From: Octopus vulgaris
Lineage: Eukaryota
Direction of reading: 5' to 3'
Length of the DNA: 64,000 nt
NCBI GenBank assembly: GCA_951406725.2
Contig: OX597819.1
Location: 108,624,001-108,688,000, forward strand
The notes beneath the pieces were generated by a model. It was not told where the DNA came from, did not search any database, and worked only from the letters and a program-made list of their open reading frames with translations. Positions within the stretch are counted from its first letter, which is position 1. The number at the start of each line of letters is the position of its first letter. Shown here in pieces: positions 39,633 to 52,900 of the stretch. Made by a program: the position numbers and the translations under genes.

Positions 39633-40148
39633 TCATCATCATCGTTTAACGTCCGTTTTCCATACTAGCATGGGTTGGACGGTTCAACTGGGGTCTGGGA
39701 AGCCAGAAGGCTGCGCCAGGCCCAGTCTGATCTGGCTGTGTTTCTACAGCTGGATGCCCTTCCTAACGCCAACCACTCCGTGAGTGTAGTGGGTGCTTTT
39801 TACGTGCCACCTGCACAGGTGCCAGATGAGGCTGGCAAACGGCCATGATCGGATGGTGCCTTTTACGTGCCACCGGCACTGGTATCACAGCTACAATTTC
39901 CATTGATGTTGATCGATTTCGATTTTGATTTTCACTTGCCTCAACAGGTCTTCACAAGTAGGGTTTGTGTCACAAGAAGGAAAGGTATGCATAAGTGGGC
40001 TGACTACGTCCCAGGTAGAGGCCACGGATTATGGTCTCACTTGTCCTGCCGGGTCTTCCCATGCACAGCATACTTCCAAAGGTCTCGGTCTTTGGTCATT
40101 TCCTCAGTGAGACCTAAAGTTTGAAGGTCGTGCTTCACCACCTCATCT
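39633..40148 (-). mobile_element. RTE LINE 3' fragment
   Basis: catcatcatcgtttaacgtcc tail and [21 protein letters not shown] end. Confidence 0.85.
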
Positions 40149-40321
40149 CTGTTAATAATTTGGAACAATGAAAGTTGTGGAAATCCTGCAAATGGCTGAA
40201 GTTTGTTTACACTTGCACAAAACCTCATGTTCTTTTACATACCACATGCATATAACTGCTGAATTTCAATGAGTTGTTTTTAAATAAAATAAACAAATGT
40301 TATGTCAATAATTTGAAACGC

Positions 40322-40355
<34 letters not shown>

Positions 40356-41238
40356 CGAGGTGTAGTCAAAAAGTATCTGACCTTTGCCCAAAAAACAAGT
40401 AATATTAAAAAATTTACCATTTTGATTTAGTCTCCTTCAAAGTATTCTCTTTGGGAGTCTACACACTTCTGTCAGTGTTCCTACCACTGTTGGAAACATT
40501 TCTGGAAATCACTTTGCTGTAGAACTGTGCCATCAAAATTTGCCTAATGTCCTCTGTTGACTCAAATCTTCTCCCTTTGGGTTTCTTTTTTTTTAAGCTT
40601 TGGGCATAGCCAAAAGTCACATTGAGCAAAGTCTGGGAAGTAGGAAGCCTGACAAACAAGTGGTGTATTTTGCTTGACAAGGAATGCTTGAATGATGTGG
40701 GTGGAAAGAAGTGACTGAACTGAACTGATCCATGGCTGATTCCAACTTCAGCAACAATCTCGTCAATAGTTACACAACAGTCTTCATAGATTATTCCTCG
40801 AACGTCTGCAAGAATTTTATCGTTTCCGCGAGTTGATGGTCTGCCACAATGTGGCTCACTGTTCATTGAGGTCTGGCCATCTTTGAACCATTTGTATCAC
40901 GCCTTTATTTGTGTTTTTCCCATAGTATCATCTCCAAAGGCCTTTCCAATCCTCTCGATAGTCTGGGCTTGTGTATCACCAAGTTTATAACAGGATTTGA
41001 TACAGTATCTTTGCTCAATGCACTCAGTCATCTTGACTCAAAAACAAAAAATTACACAGCACACTCTTTCCCGTCTGTGCTCAACACTTCACTATGGGTG
41101 AATGGCACAACCTACAGACATGGACATTTTTGTGCATGCTCTGGAAAGATGCGGCCACCTAATACCCATGCAGATTTTGCTCACACATTATTTTGTGGGG
41201 GAAAAAATCATGGTCAGATACTTTTTGACTACATATTG
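40356..41238 (-). mobile_element. Degenerate mariner-type DNA transposon
   Basis: TIRs cgaggtgtagtcaaaaagtatctgacc / ggtcagatactttttgactaca; relic GRPST...EIVAEVGISHGSV, KGRRFES. Confidence 0.85.
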
Positions 41239-41240
41239 TG

Positions 41241-41279
<39 letters not shown>

Positions 41280-41280
<1 letters not shown>

Positions 41281-42150
41281 ACCATTGCAGTAGTTTTCAA
41301 GTTTTTTCAGGAGAGACAATTTCATGTAGGATCCTCTGATTTGACTGCGCTTGTAGCACTCCAGCCCCTTTGTGAAGACCCCAAGGCAGTCATTCAAAGT
41401 TAATGTATCTCAGACCCTTGTCACAACTGCCATCTTTTCAGTGTCTTCCAAATAACTGCCCGTGGTTCTCCTTCAGCTTCAGGAACAACCAAAAGTCACA
41501 GAAGATAAGGTCTGGACTTGTAGGGAGAGTGAAAGGCAGTTTTGATGCCCATCTCTGTCAAGTAGTTGGTTACCGGAATGCTTGTCACGGAGCACCTTGA
41601 AAACAAACTTGCACAAATTTTGCACATGTACATATTTCCAGGAATAATTCTATGTACAGTTGCCACATCCACTCCAAACTATGTGTTTATTGTATTTATA
41701 GATTCACAACAGTTTTCATCCAGAAAATTGTGAATTTTCTCGACCTGGTCTGATATTCTGACAACTTTATCCCTTCCACATCTCTCTACTGCCCTTGAAC
41801 CTCTTGTGCTAGCAAAAGAAAGGCACTGGCACATACAAGTTAATCCAGAAGTAGTCTGGAGCATTCCATAATTTCTGTAGCATCTTTGCCCAGTTAACAT
41901 AAAAAACATAGCATAAACAAGCTTCCAAATTGTCTTTGTGTCTCAGCTTCATTCTGCAAACTAGTCAGCAGTGTTTAGTTGGATTTGTTCAAAGTGCTGT
42001 TGCAACTGTCTCATTCAATCTGGAGTAAAGGGTTAGCAAGTCAGCTTATCAGATATATAGTAATGATATACTGAAATTACAGTGATCTAGGACACTTATA
42101 ACCGCCTCTCTTAAAAGCAAAGTCTCAAAACTTCTGAAATGTGCCTCATA
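41280..42150 (-). mobile_element. Further degenerate mariner relic
   Basis: SPDL..CDFWLF..LKENHG-like relic near 41460-41525 and TIR-like end ...gtgcctcata. Confidence 0.55.
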
Positions 42151-42934
42151 CCGTCATGTCTCAGTATGTTTTTTGCTATGAATGAACAGGCCCTCTGTAG
42201 CCCATGCAACATCTTCAGATCAGCTTTCCTCATCACTTCGTCTTAAGTTTTCCTTGGTGTTCTTCTTACATAAATTCCACTAACTTGGGGTGCTCAGCAC
42301 TTTTATATACAGCAGTGATCCTTTAGGTGCATCACATGCCCATACCAGCACAGCCTCCACTTTTGCACACTAGATCTGATTCCTGTTATACCCAGTTTTT
42401 TTTTACTTAGCTCATTTGTCTGCTGGTGTTTATGCACACTGACATACACATCCTCAGAGCATATTAACGTAAGCATCATACAATCTCTCCTTCAGTCTTA
42501 TAATAGCATAATACTAAAGTTTGCGTATATGTGTGTAGGCATGATTGTGGCTAAGAAATCCATTTTGCAACTACATGATTTCACATTCAATCCTATTATA
42601 TGATATTTTGGTCAAGTGTATTCAGACTGGCCAGTGCTTTGTGAATTAAATTTGACTGGCAGAAACTATATGGAAGCCTGTTGTGTATGTATATATGGTA
42701 TTACCTCTGTTGTTTATTACTATCTGACCATTGTACTTTATCCTCTTTTCATCAGACTTGGCTGGAACGTTTGCTCTTTTTTTTTTCTTGTGGAAAGAAT
42801 GAGTGATTCTCAGAGTGCTTTTATGTAGTCCATTGCAAGGTTCATCTTGCAAACCAAACAATGACATTGCCATCACCACACTTAACTGCTGAATTCACAC
42901 ACTCTGGGTGAAATTCTGTACAATCATCTCAGAC

Positions 42935-43375
42935 ATACCCTGAACTGCAAAAGAAATGCGATTTTTTTCAAATGTTGTATTTATATGGTAAATTCTGAAA
43001 ATTTATTTCAGGAATGTAAGTGTATTCCAAGACATGCTGGTTTATGGCTGAGACCAAAATTGCAGGCAACCTTTCAACTTTCCCTGAAACGAGATGCCAG
43101 AACGCAGCTGCGTTGAATGCCATGAGTGGCAGTTGCAAACAATTGTCATGAAAACTGAAATGCACGTGCATCTCGTGGAGGTTATGGGTATAACAAACAA
43201 CTTGAACCACATTTCTGGCATTCATAATTTGGATGCATCAGGTATGACCGAATTGTCAGTAGCGCAGAGAGAACAAGCTATCAGCCGATTGCAAGCAGGA
43301 TAGTGTGTCCTGGTTGTTGCATCCATGTCAGCACTATCACCTGCAACAGTGATACAACACCAACAGCACTACAGA
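42935..43375 (+). mobile_element. Tc1-like transposon 5' relic
   Basis: HTH start MTELSVAQREQAISRLQAG followed by stops. Confidence 0.55.
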
Positions 43376-43771
43376 CTGTGCTATCATTATAATGTTTGTT
43401 ATCTACTACTTAAGACACAGAACCTCAAATTTAGGGTATACGATCAATAATATTGACCCCCAGTTGTTGACTGGAACATATTGTATTGATCCTGGAAGGA
43501 TTTTGAACCCAGTATGTAACTGGATATCACCAAACATTTTGTCTGCTATTCTCATGAATCTGTCTATCCAGAGCTATCAATTAGTAATGATAACAAATAA
43601 AATATTATTTCAAGTAACAAAAATGGATTTATTTTGTGATATGTCTTCCCCCCCTCTCTTTCTCTCTCTCTTTCCCTCCCTAGAATTGTCTGACTCCTTC
43701 AGATCATTCACTGATAAGTTAAAGCCATGTATGAAACAGCAAGTAACTGGGTCCAAGCTACTACCACTTCA

Positions 43772-43926
43772 TCATCTTTTATTCATGATGCTGAGTTCCT
43801 CTTGGTCACGTTTGTCAGTCATGGCTACCAACACTGTCACAAGAAACGTTTCAAGCTGCTCTCTCAGATCTTCTGAACTGGACTCCAGATTTGCTTCAAT
43901 GCATTGTATGTTCTGAAATGATGGAG
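43772..43926 (-). CDS. IFT22: IFT22 exon 6, terminal (PPSFQNIQCIEANLESSSEDLREQLETFLVTVLVAMTDKRDQEELSIMNKR*)
   Basis: tttcag| acceptor; RDQEELSIM matches the IFT22 C-terminal motif; AATAAA on - strand at 43628-43633. Confidence 0.93.
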
Positions 43927-46900
43927 CTGAAAGGAAAAATCAGGAAATTAATATTTAGTTGTGAAGAAGAAAATTTTATGACAAATGTTATTATGTACCT
44001 TTGTACTTCTGATTACACACATATGCACAATAACAAACTTCTTATAAGATTTAGCAGTTAAATCACTCTTAAATCATACCCTACATCATCATCATCATTT
44101 AACGTCTGCTTTCCATGCTAGCATGGATTGGACAATTTGACAGGTCTGGCGAACCAGACTCCAATCTGATCTGGCAGAGTTTCTACAGATGGATGCCCTT
44201 CCTAATGCCAACCCCTCCAAGAGTGTAGTGGGTGCTTTTACATGCCACTGGTACAAGGACCCAGTTTGGTGGTAATGGCAACGGCCACGCTCAAATGGTG
44301 CTTTTTACGTGCCACCTGCACAGGAGCCAGTCCAGCGGCACTGGCGACGACTTCGCTTGAATATTTCTTAAAAAATCAAGAATGAAGATATCAAAAAAAA
44401 AAAAAAAGAGAGAGAGAGATAGAAACAAGATGGTCATGGCTGGAATACCTTTGATCATAGACCTTCTCAATTAGGGCTGACTTGAGGCTAAGCAATAACA
44501 TTTCACATTTTTTTTTTGACTGGGCTTTCTCTTCAGAATAAAAAAAATACTGCAGCCTCAGTACACATGCTTCAGTAGAGTACTATTCACACATGCAGGA
44601 TGATGCATCTATCATTGCATATACTAAAGACTATCCAAGAAAAGGCTGATAATATAAGAATAACTCAACACTGCACTACTTCTATGTAGTCTCTTACCCT
44701 GCAAGAAATAGCAACTAAATCTCCCTTCAAATCACATCCTACATACTGCCATAAAATAACTAAAAGTGACATTTGATAGCACAGTCCTCGATACATTGAT
44801 TCCAAGTAAGACAGAAAGTTATGGCTGGGACACCTTTGATCATAAATCTATGTGATCAGGACTTGCTGTTTTCTATTACTATTACAACAGTGTCTGAGTG
44901 AGTTAGCTACCATATTGGTAGCTAATTCACTCAGACAAAGCCCTCTTGACACCACTTGTTACTTCTGTATAACACCTTCCCCAGATCTTACACTAAATAA
45001 TTTACCCTTCCATCCAAATGTATCTCCTTGAATTAACTTCCAGTTCATTTCATGTTTACTCTACTGAACAGTAAATGCATCAATCACTATAATATATGCA
45101 CAACCACAGGTATTATGGCATAGAAAATAACCTTTGTATACACCCTGTTGTGTGGGAAAGAAAATGTGGCAAAGCAAAAATTCTAAATTTGTTTGAGATT
45201 AACCCTTTAGCATTTAAACTGGCCATATCTGGCCCAAATATTTTATGCTTTATGTTCAAACTAGCTAGAACTGGCCTCTTTCACCTACTCTACAATGTCA
45301 TAGACGTAGGAGTGGCTGTGTGGTAAGTAGCTTGCTTACCAACCACATGGTTCCGGGTTCAGTCCCACTGCGTGGCACCTTGAGCAAGTGTCTTCTACTA
45401 TAGCCCCGGGCTGACCAAAGCCTTGTGAATGGATTTGGAAGATGGAAACTGAAAGAAGCCCATTGTATATATGTGTATATATATATGTGTGTGTGTGTGT
45501 ATGTTTGTCCCCATCAGCATTGCTTGACAACCGATGTTGGTGTGTTTACGTTCCTGTAACTTAGTGGTTCAGCAAAAGAGACCAATAGAATAAGTACTAG
45601 GCTTACAAAGAATAAGTCCTGGGGTCGATTTGCTCAACTAAAGGCATTGCTCCAGCATGGCCACAGTCACATGACTGAAACAAGTAAAAGAGTATTGAAA
45701 TCTCGAAGCTATGAGAATACATAAACATTATACTTGACAAAGTAATCTGAATGCTAAAGGGTTAAACAATCTTGCTGGTGTTATTAAGTAAATTGGAAAC
45801 ACTCTAGGACAGTGAAGCATTTTTAGTCTTGGTGAGAGCAGGATGATATTTCTAGTGCTTTCTGAACAGTGTGTCCAATAGATCTATGAGTGTTAAGTTT
45901 GGGTTTTAAGTCAAACAGAAATCCTCCTTACATTATTGATGTAAAGAAAAGATAGAAAAAGGATGTAAGATTTTGGTGTTCACATCAAATGAACACATAT
46001 ATGGATGATACTTAAGAGGAGTAGACTGTGTTAGGCTTCTTTGCCCTGTAACCACAACATGAAGGCAAAAGTTTTAAAGTGATTGTGATCTTATAACCTG
46101 GACTTACTGCTATGACAAGTCATACCAGAAAAGCTTCAATAAATACAATATAATGGAATCTATGTGATCACTCAGGCTGCTAGAAATAATTGCCAAATCA
46201 CTGTCATCACACTCCACTATCTTCAAAAAGGGAAAGACACATAAGATAGTTCTAGATATCCTTTGATCATAGGTTAGCTAGATCAGGGTTGACATGGAGT
46301 TAAAAGGTAACTCAACAGACCTGAGAACCTATAATAAATACATGAACAACACACACACACACAGCAAACAACCTGTAATACCTTTCAATAAATACAACAA
46401 AGAATATTCAGGAGTCAGCACATACAATATTTATACACGTAGTAAAAATCCTTGTATTAGATGGCTTACTCACGGAGATCATAGGTCAAAGCATTACATG
46501 GATATTGCAAGATGATTAAGATACATCGTTTGGGGCTTATTTTGCATGATCGCACAAAATAGCTGTATCTGGGATAAAGAAAACAAACATAAAAGAAAGA
46601 AGCAAAGCAGTTAGTATTGGTGGCACTAGTGATGATTGTATGGTGATGGGTAGTGGCCATTGAGGTGATGGTAGGTAGAGATTGCAGTGTTGGGTGAGGT
46701 GGAGTAGTTATAGTGATGAGTGATGGACAAGGAGTAGTTATGGTAGGTGGAGGTTGTGGTGATGACAGTGTCGCTTATATAATGGTTTTGTAGGGACAGA
46801 GTGGTTAGTAGTAGTGGTGTCATTGATAATGATAGAGTTGGTTTCAGAGCTGACTTGGTTTGGAAGGGATGGTTGTTGATATTTTGAAAATGTGATTATG

Positions 46901-49900
46901 GCTTTGATGAACAGACATAGTGATGGAGGATTGAAGAGGTGACAGTGGAAGCTGATGGCACTAGGCGTATCTGAGTTATCAGTGGAGTAGTGAGTGCAGT
47001 GGCAGACATGAAGAAGCAAAGAGCAATTGATGAGTGCAGTGGCAAGCATAACAAAGCAAACTGTGAGAGGCCAATGTTAGACTGACATACAACTAAGTAA
47101 TAAGTGTGTGTAGTGCTAAACTTTACTAAACAAACTGTGAGAGTCTGAGTGTAGTGTAACATGCAAGTTGATTGTGAGTACAGTGCTAGACATGATTAAG
47201 ACATAAATTAGTAAGTTTTAAAAAAAAGAAAAGAAAAACTCCAATAATTTGTGGAGAGAGGGATTTAGCTGCTAAGTTGACAGATGTGGCACTTGAAATA
47301 TGCTATAGCAGCATGTGACAATTTAAATATTGTTATAGCAACAAACATGGTTGTTTAAATATGTTTACCAAAGTGTTGTTATGGTAATCATAAAATAATA
47401 ATAATAATAATAATAATTGTGTACAGTGCTCAGGTGCACTACAACTCATCTAAAGTGTATATATAATCAGGTGTAGTTTCGGCGGATTTCGGAAAGCATG
47501 AGGGCCTTAAAGGATGCAGTGTCATGGCAGTCAACAACTGACGCAGGCAGTTTATTCCATGCTTCAGCAACTCTGAGCGTGAAAAAATGTTTCCGAAAGT
47601 CATGGGAGCTGTATTGTTTTCTGACTTTGTAGGCATGTCCACGTATGTTAGACACATGGAGATCAAAAAGGTGTTCAGTGTTGTTGTTGGTGAGGTGGTT
47701 GATAACTTTGTGGGTGTTTACCAAGTCCGTCGCCAAACGCCGGAGCTTCAGTGAATCCATGCCCAGGGAAACAAGGCGCTCAGAATATGGTAGGTGTCTG
47801 ATGGAGGGTATGCGTTTGGTTGCACGTCTCTGGACAGATTCCAGGAGGTCAATGTTCTGTGCAAGATAGGGGTTCCAAACTGATGATGCGAATTCCAAGT
47901 GTGGTCGTACCATAGCTGTATACAGTTTTAAATAGATGGCTGGAGAGCGGCTAACAAAAGACCTGCTGAGTGATGCCAAGACACCCTCGGCCTTCCTGAC
48001 AATCTTAGAGATATGCTTTGACCAACGCAAATCACTGCTGACAGTGATGCCTAGGTCACGCTCGCAAGAGGATTTCTTGATATCAGTGTTGTGGAGGGAG
48101 TATGTGAACGCAGGGTTTTTTCTCCCAAAATGCATGGTGGTACACTTGTCCACAGCCAGTTTCAGTTGCCAGTCTGTGATCCATTGCTGCATTGTGTCTA
48201 GGTCTGATTGCAGGAAAGAGTTGTAGACATCAGGATCTGTCCTCTTGATTTCAAGGTACAGCTTGATGTCGTCTGCATATTTCAATACTGTGGCATTCTT
48301 TAAATTGGCATCTATGTCGTTAATGTATGCCACAAACAAGAGGGGGCCAAGGACAGATCCCTGTGGTACACCCGATGACATCTCATATGGTGTAGAGTGC
48401 TGTCCTAGAACTGTGACTACCTCCTTTCGGCTGAGGATGAAGGATTTCAACCAGTTAAAAAGGTCATCCCCCACACCCATTGCAGAGAGTTTCACCATAA
48501 GCCTTTTGTGTGGCACAGAGTTGAAAGCCTTAGCAATGTCAAGGTAGACAACATCCACCCATGAGCCACTGTCAGTAATCTGAGTAATGTCCTCAAGGAA
48601 CTCGACAAGCTGGTCACTGCAGCTGGAGTTAGGGACAAATCCATATTGTGAGGGTCGGATGAGACTGTGAGAGCTCCAGAAGTTCCAGAGTGTTTCTCTG
48701 ACACACGATTCCATCAGTTTTGCAATACAGCTAGTGAGACTGACTGGGCGATAGTTGACAGGTGATGTGCGGTCGCCCTTTTTGAACAGAGGAATGACAC
48801 TGGCAGTTTTCCACTGCTCCGGAGTAGCACCATTGTTGAGACAGTACTGGAAGAAAATAGAAAGCTGGTGTAAAAGGAAGTGCCTGCCACGTTTGAGAAG
48901 CAGGTATGTAACTCCATCAAGACCAGGGGAGGCATAGTTGCGCTTATTTTGAAGGTGACGTCGCAGCATTGCAGGTGTAAATTCCATAGTTGTTATGGAG
49001 TTTGCTGTTAGTGATGGTGAAGATGGTACATTTTGACTTTCAACAGTGAATATGTTTGCATAGCACTCGGCAATGAGTTCTGCGCATTCCTTGGGGTCGT
49101 CAGTGATCTGGTTTGTGTGAGGGTTGCGAAGAGGGCCCACTGGAGAGTGAGGTCTCTGCTTTGAGTGCACATATTTCCAGAAAACCTTGCTGTCAGGATT
49201 GGCTGCTATGCACTGTTCAAATTCAAGCACTGCTTTTTTTGTCACTTGCTTGAGATGGTTGGAGGATTTATTCCGCTTCTTCCTGTTGGTGTCTGATTTA
49301 TGCAACCTGTATTCCCGTTCAGCAGTCCGACGTTCCCTCCTGGCAAGTCGGACCGCTGAAGTTTCCCAAATTGCCCTTTTGGGGCGGTTCTTCTTTTTTT
49401 GTTTACGTGGCACTGATGCTGCACATGCTGCCCATATTGAGTCCAGGATACTCTGGAGTATAGTATTCACATCTCCAGAGTTGTAGAATTCACGCCAGTT
49501 TGGGTGCTGTAGTTCAGTGTGGTACAGGTTCCAATCTGCTCTCTTCCAATCGAAGGAAGCAGATTGGAGATGGTTCAGGTTTTTGTTGCCCGCAAGAGCC
49601 AGATTGGCGATGATCATAGCATGATCAGAGTCACCTAGAGGTTCCTCCGTAGTGCAATTGATAACCGCTTCAGGAGTTGTGGTGAAGAGCAGGTCCAAGG
49701 TGTTGTCGCCTCTTGTTGGAGAGGTGACTACTTGTGACCAGTTTGAGTCCAGCACAAGCTCAACAAAATCGTTTGCACTCTGTGGCCAATGGAAGGTCTC
49801 CCAATCGATCTCAGGATGATTGAAATCGCCTGCAATAAACACATAAGTGGCTGTTTTCCTGGCAGCAGCTTGGAGGACATTGCAAAGCTGTGTGTCCCGA

Positions 49901-52900
49901 TGGTAACTTGGGGGACGATAAACAACGCCAAGCAGGAGTGTTGACATGGTCATACGCACGTCACAGAAAAAAACTTCTTGTGATTCGTTCAAATCGGCAC
50001 AAGGAATTACCAAAAAATTTGAACGAACGTAGACCATCACACCACCACCACGGTGGTTAGTGCAGTCCTTACGGAAGAGGTTGTACCCCGTAATGTTGAA
50101 AACCTTGTTGCAGTAAGCTTGCCGAAGCAAGTTCAGTGTCACTGCAGCAGACTTCCCAAGTTTAATACAAAATTTCATATTGGCTTTTTGCTTCAACTAC
50201 CTGGCCATGACAAAAGTTGCAGACTACAGCATACAAGTGATCACAAAATCACACAACTTGCAAAGTAAACACAGTGATGTCACTTGCTACACTGTCTCAT
50301 GAAGGTCACTGCAAGCTCTAGCTACACATGCAACTGTGTCATGCAACTGTGTGCTGCTATCTGTTGGCATACTACAGAACTAATCTGGGAACTTTTTGAT
50401 ACTACCCCATAACCCTTTCTTTGATCATGTTTTCCAAACAAGCCAGACAAAATGCTATTGGTGTTTCTTTAGACTCTTTATATTCTGAGTTCAAATTCAG
50501 CTGAGGTTTGATTTTGCTTTTCATTCTTTCAGGGTTGATAAAATAAGTATCAATCAATTACTAGGGTTAATATAACCAATTGACCACTCCTTCAAAATTT
50601 CAAGGCTTAAGAATTGTTAGCACACCAGACAAAATGTGTAATGACATTTTATGTTCTGAGTTCAAATGTTGCTGAGGTCAACTCTACCTTTCATCATTTC
50701 AAGGTCAAGGAAATCAGTATCAACTACCCCAATCCACAAAGATTCCAGGTCTTGTGCCTATCATAGAAAGGATTATTATTATTATTGTGTAGTGGTCTAG
50801 ACTGAAAGGGCTGAAGACAGATACTTTTCTCTTTGGTCTACCCCTCATCAACTTTTTCAGATACCATCTGAAAAGGAAAGTGAGGGTTGAGAGAGAAGTG
50901 CTGACTTCCAGCAAATGTAGCAAAGATGGTCCGTGTCAATGGGCCTACTTTGAGCATGCGCTTTTGAGTTTCCAAGGCTGAGAGAGAGAGAGACAATGAT
51001 GGAGAGAGGGCTCTTGCCCTAGTGGTCCAGGTGCTTGTGGATTCTTCGTGGTGTCTCCATGAGTAGCCCTGAGTTGCATGCCTCCTTTAGGCATTTTCTT
51101 TGTTACATTTTTCATTGTTATTGACTTTTTACATGACACTTTGTCACCCCACTTTATCCTTCATGTTTTGTAATGTCCAATCTTATTTTTGCCAGCTCTT
51201 GTGGCTAATAAAGAAAGGATTATTATTATTATTGCTGAGACCCCCTTCGGTCATGACTGACCGTGGGATTGCACCTAGAAAGTTACCCTCCCAGGCAGAA
51301 GTCCGGGCAAGGTTATTTACCCGCAGTTGCCAGCAGTTGCCCATGCATACTGGCCTCCCCTCTCCACGCCACTAGTGTTATCCAAGGGAAAGGCAAGGGC
51401 CGATACAGCTTGGCACCTGTGACATCACAACTCATTTCTACAACTGGAGCAAGGTGAAATAAAGTGTCTTGCTCAAGAACACAACACACAGCCTGGTCCG
51501 GGATTCAAACTCACCTCATGATCATAAGCTCGACGCTCTAACTACTGAGCCATGCGCCTTCACATTATTATTATTATTATTATTATTATTATCATTATTA
51601 TTTCAATAGTTTAAAGTTGGCTACTTTGCCATTACTTCATATTTCTTTCTGGAGAGGCAATCATCAGGTGGCATAGCGATGAAAAATTAAGAATATTAAG
51701 ATACATATGTATATATGCATGCATACAAGTTTGAGAGATTGAAAGCATTACAACAGAAAGCCAAACATAAAATAGTGTTGATGATGAGAGCTGTGTATGT
51801 GTGTGTGTGCATGTGCATAGAGATCCTGCTGCGAGATGATTGTACTCACGGAGTTCACTGCGAACAGGAGCATTGTAAGCCTCAGCTCTAACATTGCTCA
51901 CACAGAAGCAGTGGTTGGTGGTAAGGCCTGTCTGAGGTAGGAAATAAGCAAGTCTAGAACATGTAAAAGAAAAAAAACATAAATGGTAGGTTAGCTGAAC
52001 TTCACTCAGAGAACCACCATTTTTATCTGGAAAGAATATGGTACAAATTGTTCCCAAGTGCCAGCATTGCTGATAATAAAAATTTCTAACCCAGGCATAA
52101 AGACCCAAAGACTGATATTTTAGTTTATTAGAGGCAAAGTTAAGCTCAGCTTGACTTCAGTTATGTCTCTTTGTGAAGGAGATGACTAAAAAGACAATAA
52201 CAACATTTTGCCAACTTTACAGTCCTTACAATAATGATTTCTAACTCAGATACAAGGCCAGTTAGAAATTCAGGAAAGAGTAGAGCTGATTACACTAATG
52301 TCCCACCTGAATATTTGGCTGAATCGTTAGAATGATGAAAGATAACTCAGTACAGCAAGGCATTTTCTTTGATACTACTGATTCTTCCATTCCAATTCTA
52401 CCTCTTCATCTATATTATAATATTAATAATGATTTCTAATGCATATACATATTCATATCCATTTCACCATCAGAAGTAAATGGACAGGCAGGAGGTAAAG
52501 AACCCCTTCAGTTATGAATGACCATGGAACTGCACCTAGAAATTTCCCCTGAATCATGTTCGGGTAAGGTTGTTTGTTGAAAACTAGCAGTCACCCATGC
52601 ATACCAGCCTCTTCACTCCACGCCACTGATGTCATCCAAGAGAAAGGCAAAAGCCAATACAGCTTGACACCAGTGACAACTCATTTCTACAGCTGAGTGA
52701 ACTGGAGCAACATGATATAAAGTGTCCTGCTCAAGAACACAACACAGTCCATTTGAGAATCAAGCTCACAACCTACTGATTGTAAGCCCAATGCCCTAAC
52801 CACTGAGTCATGTGCCTTCACTGCCATTTCCTCATCATCATGATTTAATGTCCCCACTTCCATGCTTGCATGCTCAGAGGGAATTTGTTGAAGTAGATTT

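Noticed and set aside
43392-43916. 174-aa + strand ORF
   Set aside because: Antisense shadow of IFT22 exon 6 and its 3'UTR plus repeat sequence; no protein motif.
46510-46575. Possible fourth hammerhead (aaaa-tagctg-ta-tct)
   Set aside because: No recognisable CUGANGA core; too degenerate to call.
46610-47160. Thr/His-rich ORFs on - strand
   Set aside because: Decayed GGT/GAT/AGT microsatellite; low complexity with no splice-phase fit to IFT22.
47645-49486. Several + strand ORFs of 60-100 aa
   Set aside because: Antisense frames of the LINE RT ORF.
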